A stretch of 64,000 nucleotides of DNA from Camelus dromedarius (Eukaryota), in contig NC_087437.1 in assembly GCF_036321535.1 (NCBI RefSeq), positions 84,260,001 through 84,324,000 on the forward strand, given 5' to 3'. The translations under genes and the position numbers were made by a program. The stretch's first letter is position 1. Each line of letters starts with the position of its first letter. The notes under the pieces were generated by a model. That model saw nothing but the letters and a program-made list of their open reading frames with translations. It was not told where the DNA came from and did not search any database. Positions 1 through 12,600 of the stretch are shown one piece after another.

Positions 1-54
1 TCCCATCAAAAGATGCGATTTTATCAATCCATAGGTTCAACACTTCAAGTAAAC

Positions 55-140
55 TTAAATTAGTTACTTAAACTTATCTAATCTTCAAATTCTTTATCTG
101 TAAAATAAAGAACACAATATAACTTCACAAAGTTGATAAT
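55..140 (+). mobile_element. MIR SINE fragment
   Basis: agttacttaaacttatctaatcttcaaattctttatctgtaaaataaag resembles the MIR core (gttacttaacctctctgagcctcagtttcctcatctgtaaaatggg). Confidence 0.55.
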
Positions 141-504
141 TTTGAATCTCCATTAGTGAAGCTATTTGATAAACTATAAAATATCATGTAAAACAATTAT
201 GATAATGATGATGATTATCTATACAGTGTATACTCTTATTATATCATAATCATCTTGATATCAGAGATTGTCTCTTAATATTTAAGATACTCAAATTTTC
301 TCAGCAAAGAATTGTGTGCCTTTTTATTAGGAGGTATTAATAACTGAGTAGTTAGTAATGAGTACTTTGTAAATACTCTTGAAATCTAGTAAGTTCACCT
401 TTAATAAAATAAAATATAATAAAGCTAAAGAAGCATATTTTGATTTCTTTATGTTACAAATATGAGATAAAGTACACTAGAACAAAGAATTAAATCAAGT
501 GATA

Positions 505-2461
505 GGTTAAAAGATATAGTGTGTTCACGTATTGGAAAAACTAATATTGTTAACATGAACATACTACCCAAAGCAAAATATAGGTTCAGTGCAATACCTA
601 TCAAAATATCAAGGGCATTTGTCATAGAACTAGAACAAATAATTTTAAACTTTGTATGGAAACACAAAGGATCACAAATAGCCAGAACAATCTTGAGAAA
701 GAAGAACTGAGCTGGAGGAATCACATTCCCTTACTTCAGATAGTAATACAAAGCTACAGTAATCAAAACAGTATGGTACTGGTACAAAACCAGACATATA
801 GATCCATGGAATAGAATAAAGAGCCCAGAAATAAACCCACAGACTTAGAGTCAATTAATCTATGACAAAGGAGGCAAGAATATACAATGGAGAAAAGACA
901 GTCTCTTCAATAAGTGGTTCTGGGAAAACTGAAAAGCTATATGTAAAAGAATTAAATTATTAGAACTTTCTTCATACACCTTATACAAAAATAAACTCAA
1001 AATGAATTAATGTCTTAAATTTAAGACCAGACTAACCAAAAAATTTAAAACCAGAAAATTTAAAACCATAAAACTTCTAGAGAAAACAAAGGCAGAATAC
1101 TCTTTGACATAAATCAGAGCAATATTTTTTGGATCCATCTACTAAAGCAAAGGAAAAAAGGCAAAAATAAACAAATGGGACATAACTAAATTTAAAATGC
1201 TTTTGAGATTTGCAAATGTTAATCACTATATATAAAATAGATAAAAGATGAATTTCTTCTGTATAGCACAGGGAACTATGTTCAATATCTTGTAACAACC
1301 TTTAATGAAAAAGAATATGAAAATGAACATATGCATGACTGGGACATTATGCGGTACACCAGAAATTGACACATATAAAAAATTCAATAAAAAAGAACCT
1401 CCCCCCAAAAAAAGCTTTTGCATAGCAAAGGAAATCATCAGCTAAACAAATAGACAACCTACTGAACAAAATATTTGCAAATGATATGATTGATAAGTGG
1501 TTAATATTCAAAATATAAACAGTTCATACAACTAAACATCAAAAAAAAAAAAAACCTAATTAAAAAATGAGCAGAAGACCTGAATACACATTTTTCCAAA
1601 GAGGAAATGCAGATGGCCAACAGGCACATGAAAAAGTATACAACTTTAATCATCAGAGAAATGCAAATTAAAACCACAATGAGATATCACCTCAAATCTG
1701 TCAAAAAGGTATCAACAAATAACAAATGTTGAAAAGATGTGGAGAAAAGGGAACCCTGTACACTGTTGTAGGAATATAAATTGGTGCATCCACTGTGGAA
1801 AACAGTATGGAGGTTTCTCATAAAACTAAACCTAGAACTACCATGTGACCCAGCAATTCTACTTCTGGATATATATCCAAAGAAAACAAAAACCCTATTT
1901 TTTTTTAAAGATACATGCACCCAATGTTCATAGCAGCATTATTTACAACTGCCAAGATATGAAAGGAACCGAAGTGTCCATCAATAGATGAATAGATGAA
2001 AAAGGTGTGGTGCATATATACAATAGAACACTACTCAATTACAAAAAAGAATAAACTTTTGCCATCTGCAACAACATGGATGGACTTGGAGTGTATTATG
2101 CAAAGTGTAATAAATAAGACAAAGAAAGGCAAATACTGTATGATATTATTTACATCTAGAATCTAAAAAAAAAAAAGTAAATATAACAAAAAGTGAACAG
2201 ACTCATAGAGAACAAACTAGTGGTTACCAATGGGGAGAGGAAAGGGAGGAGGGGCAAGATAGGGGTAAGGGATTAAGAGATACAAATTATTATGTATAAA
2301 GTAAGTAAGTTACAAGGATGTATTGTACAACAGAGGGAATACAGCCAGTATTTTATAGTAACTATAAATGAAGTATAACCTTTAAAATTTGTGAATCACT
2401 ATGTTTTACATCTGTAACTTATGTAAGAGTGTATATCAACTATATTTCAATTAAAAAAAAA
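505..2461 (+). mobile_element. 5'-truncated L1 (3' part of ORF2, 3'UTR and A-tail), degenerate; antisense to EPHA6
   Basis: ORF 519-710 (CSRIGKTNIVNMNILPKAKYRFSAIPIKI...ILNFVWKHKGSQIARTILRKKN) is L1 ORF2 post-RT sequence. It continues with typical L1 sequence (tacaaagctacagtaatcaaaacagtatggtactgg, cccaatgttcatagcagcattatttaca), a G-rich 3'UTR at ~2230-2275 and an A-tail at 2453-2461. Multiple stops and frameshifts are present. Confidence 0.95.
1206..1409 (+). mobile_element. Short, younger L1 3'-end insertion nested inside the older L1 ORF2
   Basis: Interrupts the L1 ORF2 sequence ...aaaagcttttg|catagcaaagg. Flanked by near-identical direct repeats aaaatgcttttg (1194-1205) and aaaagcttttg (1410-1420). 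Internal sequence is an L1 3'UTR end (ctgtatagcacagggaactat...caccagaaattgacaca...aataaa plus A-rich tail). Confidence 0.85.
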
Positions 2462-3534
2462 CCCAGAAAACTATGCATCAAGCATCCTTTTGGCTCTTAA
2501 AAAAAGTAATGCAGGATTGCAGAAGTAGGTATTATGGAACTACAATCTGGCTGTAAGAAAAACACTGATCATGCTGGAGAAAATCTTCCTTTTATCAGCT
2601 TCTCAGTTAAGTTTTTCTTGAAAATGAGATTTGAAACATTGAAGCATTTAAGGAATAAAAAACAGATTTTTTTCACTATTATAATGTCACTGCCAAAACA
2701 CTATCAATTATCAACTAAATTGAAAGAAATGCCAGAAAGTAAACACTAAAATATACTTCATAACTAAGGAAAATTAGAAAACAAAAAATAAATGTGGGTT
2801 AAATTATATGAAAATTATAATTAGGCATCACTACCTCTCTTATTTCACTAATGCCATTAGAAAATATTTCAATGTTAATAATGAAAAACTAGCTAGACAT
2901 CAGAGATAATGGTAGAAAATTAACATTTAAGCATGGAGAATGGCAATTATGATGTGAATAGCACTATAGATAAATAATGAAAAGTAAAGGTAGACTTGGT
3001 AAACACACTAAAATATCAATATTCAAAAATGATTTCATAAAATCAGGAGGCTTGAGAGTTAACACATTATTAGTTATTTTGGATTAAGGGTGTCTTTGGA
3101 AGATTATCTCTCATGAATAATGATAATTTGTTGTTTCTGTTCAACTTTCATCATTCAGTTGTTTCAATTTTAAGAATCCAATTATCACAGTCATTTCTCT
3201 ATGAACTAATATATTACAACTGAGAAAAAGACATGTCCCTTGACTTCACAGAGTTTCAATCTCATGAGGGAGAGAGCCACAACTCAGTACACCTCAGAAC
3301 AGCAAGGGCAATAAGGATCATACCAGCATTGTGCACAGGGTAGCATGGGGGCCCAGGGTCAACAGTGACTAACTCTTGTCTAAGAGGTCCTAGACTTCAC
3401 AGATCAGACAAAGCATGAGCATTTGAATTAGGGAGTGAGCAGTTTTAGCCATACCAAGAACTAGAAAATAAGAGAATCCATAGTAGGTACGGGTTGCTGT
3501 ATTAACTGGTTTATATTTATTCATTCATTTATTT

Positions 3535-3645
3535 TCAGTTTAACCCTCAAAAAAATCTACAAAGTAGGCAATATTATTTTAGTTATTTTATAGAGGAGGA
3601 AACCAAATATGAAAATGCTAACTGTTCTGATCAAAGTCATACAGG
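3535..3645 (-). mobile_element. MIR fragment
   Basis: aagtaggcaatattattttagttattttatagaggaggaaacc resembles the reverse-complement MIR core. Confidence 0.5.
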
Positions 3646-3859
3646 TGTGCACTTTTATTTGGGGGAGCTAGGAATATATGCTAATTATTAGAATAAGTTG
3701 GGAACCTATCATAACTCCAATATCTGGCTTACACAACCTTTATTAGTCTTGGCCATACAAAAGTTAGCTGCTCATTCAATCTGCCCAGATGTACAATTCA
3801 GACATTACATGGTGAGTGAAGACAACTTCATTTCAAGGAACCCATTGGTTCTGGGGCTC

Positions 3860-4870
3860 CATACTACACAGCACAGGTCTACAAAGTTAAATAGGCTATT
3901 GATGAGATGGTAAGTATGGAATCAGAAAATCTATTTAGGGAGATGAGAGTACAGCTCAATGGCAAAGCACATGCTTATCATGCACAAGGTCCTGGGTTCA
4001 ATCCCTGGTACCTCCATTTAATGAAAAAGAAATAAAGAAAATCTATTTAGGAGGCTACTATACTAAATCTAGGAGAAAGATGATGGCACCATGGACCAGA
4101 GTGGTTGCAATAATGGTGTTAAAAAGCAATCAAATTTTGAATATATTTTGAAGGTAAAGCCACAGAAACTTGCTGTTAAAATGTTATAAATTTTATAAAT
4201 TTATAAAGTTATAAATTTTGAGAAAAAGTGAGGTCAAATATAACTCCAAGTTTTTGTCTACAGATACTGGAATACTATAATTTCCCTTTTATGAAATGGT
4301 GATGACTATGGGAGAAGCAGGTTAAGGTGGATAGATAAGGAGTTCAGGTTTGTATATAAGATGCCTGACAGACATCTAAGTTGAACAGGTGCAATTCTGG
4401 ATATACAAGTCTGAGTTCAGAGAAGTCCAGGCTAAAATATAAATTCAGGATTCATTAACATATTTAAAGTCTTAAGACTGAATAAGACCATATGAAGAGT
4501 AAATGGCAATATAAGAGTCAAAGCATTGATCCCTAAAGGAGAACCCAGCCAAGGAAATTGAGAAGAAAAAAAGAGAGAGAGAGAGAGAAGAAACAAAGTG
4601 ATTTTATGGAAGTCAAGTGATACAACTGTTTCAAAAAAAGAGGTAGCTAGTATATGAATAAGTGCCACTCATAAATCAAGGAAGATGAAGACTGAAAACT
4701 GACTTCTAAATTTCACAATGTGAGTGTTATACGTGATCTTGAGCTGAGTTGGTTTAGTGAACAGTTGGACAAAAGTCTAACTAGAGAGGTTACGAGAGAA
4801 GATGGGGACTATAGAGAGCTCTTTCATGGTAAGGAAAAGGAGACAACATATAGATAATTTTTCAAGGAAT
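3860..4870 (-). mobile_element. L2 LINE fragment, interrupted by a SINE
   Basis: Characteristic reverse-complement L2 motifs: ggaggctact...gatgatggc...gaatatattttgaaggtaaagc, gagttcaggttt...gatgcctgacagacatctaag, aaatcaaggaagatgaagactga. Confidence 0.8.
3940..4035 (+). mobile_element. tRNA-derived SINE of camelid (vic-1-like) type with 16-bp TSD
   Basis: A-box-like acagctcaatgg, B-box gggttcaatccc and an A-rich tail. Perfect direct repeat agaaaatctatttagg at 3924-3939 and 4036-4051. The body resembles the tRNA-Ala-like SINE of camel and alpaca genomes. Confidence 0.88.
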
Positions 4871-7800
4871 TTTATAGAAAAATGTATAATAGTTGACAGG
4901 GATAAATATATTGCAGTGTATTAATATGTGCATATATATATAATACAATTGATGATGAATTAGAATACCACTACTAAATCAGAGAATATATATCATGAAT
5001 TGCATAATTCATCTTTCTTACATTTCAATGATAATTTCCAAAATCTTAAATTCATTTCCTCTGTTTATCTCTGTTTTATTTTAATTTTTACAGTTTCTTC
5101 TCTAGGAAAATAGAGGCTGCTAGCCCATCTTTCAATTTTTAATATGATTATGTGTGTGTACATATGTGTGCATATATATACACAAATATATATACACATA
5201 TCTGTATCTACATACACATATACACACATAAATATAGATAACACGTCTATAGATATAAATAAAGTCTCTATTAGGGGAGAGAATGAAAGGGTTGAACTAA
5301 ATCATCTTAATTCTCAGACTGTTTCTAAGGGACTATAATCCTTTCTAATAGCCACTTGGGAGATCTGCTTCATTCACTGGGAGCAGATGTTTGTAGAGTT
5401 ACTGCTTTTTCTCACCTCTCACTATGAACTCCTGAAGCTGATCTATTTATGACCCTTTCTTTTTCACTGAAAAAAAATGTTTTAACACATTAATTCAAAT
5501 GATTTACCAATTAACAGGTTAATGAAGTTGGTTTTTCTCTATCTCAACCTGTTAGAGAATCTTGTTACTTGGTCCATTTTCTCTTTATGCATTTGCTTTA
5601 TACATTTCAGTTTTGCTGATCCATATGATATTCTACAGAACTTAGAATAGATACATTTGTCTCACAAAACCAAAGAACCCTACATTATTATTTATTTTAT
5701 GTTTAATAAGTCTGATAACCAGAACTTCTGTTTCACTGAGTATTTACCCAGTGCAACACAAGAAAGTTAGAATTTTACAATACAATTTACATCATCATTC
5801 TAGTTCTGTCCAAGTCATCACTGTCTTAGGCCATTAAGGAGAGAGAGAAGTCACATACACACGTCAAAGTTGCTTTAGAGTTTTCAGGCAGATGGACTCA
5901 TTAATGCTTCTGAATTGATACCAAATGTTAGGAACTGACAGCCTATTTTTAAACAAGTCAGTAAAGCACATTTTTGGGGCTAAGTATTTGTTTTTAATGC
6001 CTGACATTATACACTTAGTTCTGTCAACAAACTTTCTAATATGTGAAAATTTATTAGACCTCACAGCAGACAGAAACCTAAATGATGTACTGAGATATGA
6101 TCACTTCTCTAAAGGAGTTTACACTTTAGCGTGAGGGAAAGAAAAAGAACAACAAAAAACACTCCCTTGAAACAATAATTATAATACAAAGCAAATGTGA
6201 TAAAGGTTATAAATCACATATAAATCACTGATTTTTCCTTTACCAAGTTAGCAAGAAAATTATTAACAATTAGAGAGAGATCCTAAACTTTAGAAGTATC
6301 ATACTTTAGACAGACATGTAACATTAGCTCTTATACACATGCAAAGATAATTCTTACTTTTTGTGTACCTATGAATTCAGAATTTAAAATGTCAGGGATA
6401 TTACCTATTGTGTTTTTTAGATTTTTTATTCAAAATTTAACTTATGTTTTTAAAATATATAAACTCTGAAAATTAGGTTTTAAGATTAGTCTTAGGAAGA
6501 AAAATGCCCTTTTAAGGTTGTTTTGCTAACTCACTGACCTGTAGCTTCAGAGTCTTCCCAGGTATAGATAATTAACAACATTATGTGAAAACTTATTACT
6601 TTTAAACTTTCATTTGGAATCAAGAGCGATAATATACATTTCCTTGAGCTTGAGGTACAGAAAAAAGAACACTAAAGAAACAACCTACTGCCATTTATGT
6701 AGTATGCACATAAGAACTTGAAAAAGTTGATGTAACTTTTTACAATAATTTAACTTCATACTCTATCATTATAATAGATTAGTAACAGCTTGATTTTTTT
6801 TAAGTTCATATAAAACAGAACCACAGCGTTTTCTAATTACTTAATTTTGCATACTTTGGAACCATTACATTTCAAAAAAATTTTTAAGAAGCCAGATGCT
6901 TATCATCGAGATTTTAAAAAAATAACAATTAAGAAATAAATGTTACATTCAAACTAAAAATATGGGCTTTTTAATGTTCTTAACTCTGGGGCCTAGAAAG
7001 ACAAACTCCCATAGAAAAAGAATCTTTCTACTTAAAAATATATGCCATTAATGAACATGTTTTTTCCTAGAAACTTTTCCAACCTGGCTCCTATGGAGCT
7101 GCAGCATGTACATCCAGAGGAGAAGTAACAGCGGGGTCTGGTGAGGTGGTCTCTTCAGTGCCTTCTTGAATTTTCCCCCCTTTTAGCAGTGTTGAAAATA
7201 GGTCTGGAAAAGCATAGGAAAGCTATATCAAATTTTCCTTAGGAGGTTTTTTCCATACTGTTTTAGCAACTTTGCATGGTGAAGATGTTAAACGGTATGA
7301 CATTACGTATTCATTTTCACTAATGAGTCTTCCTATGTCAAATCAACAATATTCTCAAGATAAATATAATTACATTATATTAACTCAAATCAAGTTATAT
7401 TTGAAAATGTGCATGTCTGAGTCAGATCTGAAGCATCCTTAGAACTATGCATAAGTAAAAACGATTTCTAAGGAAAGCTGAACTATTTAGCATGATTCCT
7501 GTTATACAAAATGAAGTATGTTTCTTCAGGGCAATCTAATTTTGATATGCTATCTTTATAAGCTGGATTTTTAAAAAATATTAAAATATAGCATGTTCTT
7601 ACACAGATGAGAAAATAATAAATGCATTGTTTATTAAGGATAAGTAAAAATTATTTCCATGTGTACTACATACAATAGTTTCACATATATATGTAATATA
7701 TATAATAGTTGCATGTGTTTACCAAACTTAAAATATTGTTGATTACATTTCTAACCTTGAATGAAAAAAATAAGATTGTATGTTGGTAGGAATATATCAC

Positions 7801-10800
7801 CCTTAATGTGTTTCAAAGATCAATGTAAATAGTTACAATATGCAAAATATTTTTAATTTGATTTTTCCCCAATATTGACTATCTGACATGTAGTAAAACT
7901 ACTGATGATTTAGTTAGTTGTTTTCTAAAATGTATAAAAATGTTAATATGAGTACTGTCTTCAGGTTTAGTGAAAACGAACATGGTGAAAAATACTTAAA
8001 GGAAGAGAGGTTGCTAAAACAGTAACCACTAATGTAAATGCTCTTAGTGTTCCTGAATCATTTAAGCCTACACAGGGCTAGGGTAGACATTAGAGAACCT
8101 ATCAATATATTTAATTTCAGTATTATGACTGAAAGTAGGTATAAACTGTAAATGGCACCACCATTTTTCATGGTGCTAGTACATAAAAAACAGGTAATGA
8201 ACAAAGTTATGTTTTATAATTCCAAGAACAAAAATAATATTTAAAGCCATCATATTTAAAGGACTTCTTTTCCACCTTATGTTTCCATATTTAGCATTAA
8301 AACTTTAGAAAAAGACACTTTTATGGTACTTAATTTGTTAATATTTATTTCAAGCACATTTGCCCTCCTAATTGTACATTTTTAAATTTATAACTTTAAA
8401 GTTCACTAACACTTGAAGACTCTGTAAAGTAATATAAATGTTATAAATTAATTTTTACAAATATTTCTATACCCACTTTCCATATGTCCATGACATAGTT
8501 ACACATATAGTAAAATTATAGTTACTCAACATGTAGCTAGCTTGACAAAACACAAAATCAATAGAAATATCTATTTCCTTGATATTTTTTGTCTGATTAT
8601 TCTAGAAACATGTATTTGGTTATTTCAAAGCTACAGTTAAAAAATAATGAGGTGTGCTGAAAATAGTTCTAAAAAAACAAATTATCACTTATGAAAATGA
8701 TAATTTACTACTAAGATTAGAAAACCCAAATGTGTTAACGTAATTCCTTTAATAATGGCAGAGCAAGATAAAATTAAAATTAATCTTTTAGCATAAATTC
8801 TAAAAACAGAAACGAAGACTAAGGCTGTAAGGAAGGAAAACCTGATAGAAATTAACACTGACCCCCATGCTTTTAAATTAAAAATCAAAATAGTCTAGTC
8901 AGTCAGAGTGAAGTATACAAATAATCTCCTTTGTAGCTTAAATACGAGAGAATTTATTTCCCTCTATGAAAAAAAAACTCAGTAAACCAGAAAATAGATT
9001 TTACAATTTGAAAGGGAAACTCTACTAGTAACTTACTATAGCATGAACAATAACAACATATTGTGGGGAAGAAATCTACAGTTTAATGACAGAAGCATAA
9101 GCTGAAGGTGTTCATCAACATAATATTGCAGACATTTAACACTGAACAATCACAAAACCTGTTGAATTAAAAGTGCTCACAGACACAAATAAAATTCCTT
9201 CGACTTATCTAAAAAAAAAAAAAAAAGTTTATAAGAGTCCACAAGAGTTCATAAAAGATTCAATGTTAAAATATATCTTTCAAATTTGAAGATGCAAAGT
9301 CAAAATACACAGTAATAGTAAAATTAATTTGATTTCCGTAAGTTTCTGGCCAATGGGTTGTTACTTAGTGCAGACAAATAGAATTAAAAGATTCAGATTT
9401 GAGAATAAAATAGAAGCAGATAAAAGTTTGTCACTAAATAGAAGGACAATCCAAAATAGAAACCTTCTCAAAGTCATGATGTATAAACTAGGTATATTAC
9501 ACAGGTGAAATCAGTGAAAACTTTATTTTCCATGATTTAGTAATTAAATATAGGTTTCACAAGCCACAGGTGCTGTAATAGGAGAAAATGGCAAATTCCT
9601 TTTCTCACTGGAAGATTACAACAAACAATTAGGTAGACATGACACACAATACTAGTTGATCTTAGCGACATTTTAAATATTGAGTACGAAACTGTTTTAG
9701 ACAATTTAAGACAGTATCTTATAAGAGATGGAATATAAACTGCAGCTTGAAGGAAAGAAGGTGAAATTTTCTAAGCATAATGAATCCTCAAGGATTAAAA
9801 TGAGTAAACAAAAAAGACAGGAGAATGATAGCAAGCTCATGAACTCTGTTAATTATAAACATTGTTAGAGAATAAAATAAAGATTAATGCAATTAGCTGG
9901 TTATTAAAAGGTAAATTTTATATTACCAGTGTGTGTCTAAGTTAGCTCAGAGGGCAACACAGAACCAGTATAAGACAACTGTTAGGGTTATAAGTAGGAA
10001 CTGAGACCAAACTGAATTTAAGAGTGCCCCACTGAACAATTCTGCACTGCAGCAGGTAGGACTAACTACAATAACCAAAAAGGATTCCTTGGTACAGTAT
10101 ATTCTGGAAAATCTGAGAATGTCCAATTTAAATGTTTTGTGTGTTTGTATTGGACTGCTTATTTCTATAATTGAAAAAATATTTCAGTCTTTAAAACCTT
10201 ATTTTAATTTAGGAATACCTACCAGGCATGGTATGCTATATTCCTTTTTAGTGAAACCGTCATGGGACATCTCTCTCCACTGTACACTTTAAATAACATT
10301 GGCTGACACTGAAAAATACAGTGTGTGGCAATGGCAGAGGCTTATGGTAGAAAAATGGGTAAATTTTCTTCTGAGCTGCCACTGCAAATACCTGGAATCT
10401 CTCAGCAATTTCAAAATCTAAGTGTACATAGTTTAAGTTTAGTAATGAGTAGGAGTAGGAGATGATCAAGCACTTGCTAGTTTTGAAATGCTTTCAGGTA
10501 TACACGAAGCTAGGACCTTAAGTCTTGGGCATGAAAGGACGCTAATCCATCCTCTCCTCATATCCCCGTTAGGAGACTTCTGATAGGTACAGCAATACTC
10601 CTGGCACCCTGGGACTTTCCTAATCTAAATATTCTATCCTGGAGTGATGACTCCAGTGCATTTTTAGTGAACTACCTTTCTGATCTAAAAATAAAGCAAA
10701 AATTTGTGCTAAGATTAAATTTCATTTGATTGTATGGCCTGATATTAAAGATATCCAGAATTACCCCCCCCCAAAGAAATTAAAGTATAAATAATAATAT

Positions 10801-10989
10801 CTACATATGATATTGGCAGAAGGTGAAAGTAACATGAAATCATGATAAGATGGTAACTAAGAAGAGGGGGGACACTTCAAAAACACAAACTTATAAAGTC
10901 ACAAAATATATCTTAAAAGATAAAGTCTTATAGCTCTATGGTTTTAAATATTAGCATGAGGTATTAGCTATTTTAAAAGACTGCTGAAA

Positions 10990-12600
10990 ATACTATTCTG
11001 GGATATTTTCAATTTCTGATAATGGCAGAATATAGCTTATGTTGGACTGTCTTTTGTTAATAAAAGGAATAAACTCTGGAAATGGCAAAGGATGAGGGAA
11101 CTGGAAGAGACTTAAGTGAGGCAGAAACTAAAGGAGATAAGATCCTTGAAAGAAAAGTATCACACATTTTAGACATCCCATCTACATTAAGCGTATTTCT
11201 CAGTCTATAATATAAGGGGTGGGGTGGCTGGAAGGGAACAGAAAGAGCTCAAGCTGGAAGCTGCAGGTTTTTTGACCCTGACCCTATTGAGGAATCAGAG
11301 GTTGGACTTTTTCGCTTACAGAGCAGCTGGAAATTGGGTGTTGGGGTGCAGCGGTGGAGAGCTGGAGAAGGGGGAGTCCAAAAGGTGCATATACATACCC
11401 CGGAAGCCTTAGTTAACTCAAACTGCTCTTGTTCTGGGAAAGACACCCAGAGGAAAAGAGATGAAAGCCTGAAAAAGCTGACTAGAGATTTTAGCAGCTG
11501 CCCACCCCAAAGAAGGTAAGGTTGTATTTCAAGTCCTGACAAATTCAGAGGCTTTGTAAACACTCCAGCTTTCCACTGAAGACCAGAAAAGTCATGCCTT
11601 AGAAATAAAGACCTTGTCTCAGACTAAGGGATTGTCTCTACAACCAAGTACAAAACCGTAATAGAGCGAAATAACCCTAACAAAGCCTAAAACTAAGCTT
11701 CCAAAAAAGTCAAGGTGATTTGTGAGTAACGTAATTGCCTGACAGAAGAAAACTCAAAAGTTTTAGAGGAAAATCACAATATCCAGAGACTCTCGAACAA
11801 CACAGGTTTGAACTGCACAGGTCCACCTACATGCTGATTTTTTCAATAAATATATGTATGCATTTTACAATGCCATTTTATGTAATAGGGACTTGAGCAT
11901 CTGTGGATACTGGTGTTCTCGGGGACTCCCGGGACTGATCCCCCCAGGTACCAAAGGATGATAACTATGTATCATCCATAATGTCCTGTATAAAATAAGA
12001 ATTTACTGAACATGTGAAGAAATAGGAAAATAAGACACTGTATCAAGAGAAAAATCTGTCAGTTGAAACAGACAAACCAGTTGCTGAAATTAGTGAAGAG
12101 GAGTTTGAAATAGTTATGATAAATCTATGAAAAAATCTACAAGAAAAGATGACTACATTGAGTCAGGAGAGATATAAAAACTGCAGAACAAAACAAAGCA
12201 AAGCAAAACAACCAAGAAAAATTCTGGAATTGAACAATGCAATATCTGAAATAAAAGAATCCACTGGATGAGATTTAAAGCATATTGGACAAAATAGAAA
12301 AAAAGGATCATTGAACCTGACATACAGGTTAATAGAAATCATCCACACTGAGGAATATAAAGAAAAAAAGAGATTTGAAAAAGAGAAAAGGGAATAAAAG
12401 CTCAATGACCCGAGGGTCAGCATGAAGTAGTCTTGCATACATGTTTTTGGAGTCCCAGATAGAGACAGAAGAGAGATTGGGGCAGAAATATTATCTGAAA
12501 AAGGATAACAAAAAAATTTCTAAATTTCATCATAGAGAAACCCATAGTTTCAGGAAGCTTAGTAAATTCCAAGAAAGAGAAATAAAAAGAAAACTATAGC
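10990..12600 (+). mobile_element. Old L1 (L1M-type) 5'/ORF1 region fragment
   Basis: A-rich, degenerate ORF1-like sequence: gaaaattctggaattgaacaatgcaatatctgaaataaaagaatccactggatgaga, tggagtcccagatagagacagaagagag, caggaagcttagtaaattccaag. Confidence 0.75.
11785..11970 (+). mobile_element. TcMar-Tigger non-autonomous DNA transposon (MER2/Tigger-like MITE) nested in the old L1
   Basis: Left end ctcgaacaacacaggtttgaactgcacaggtccacctacatgctgattttttcaataaata and right end gggacttgagcatctgtggatactgg...cccccaggtaccaaaggatgataactatgta resemble Tigger/MER2 termini. Confidence 0.8.

Noticed and set aside
3940..4016. Possible tRNA-Ala gene
   Set aside because: The cloverleaf is degenerate, and the A-rich tail plus 16-bp TSD show that it is a retroposed SINE.
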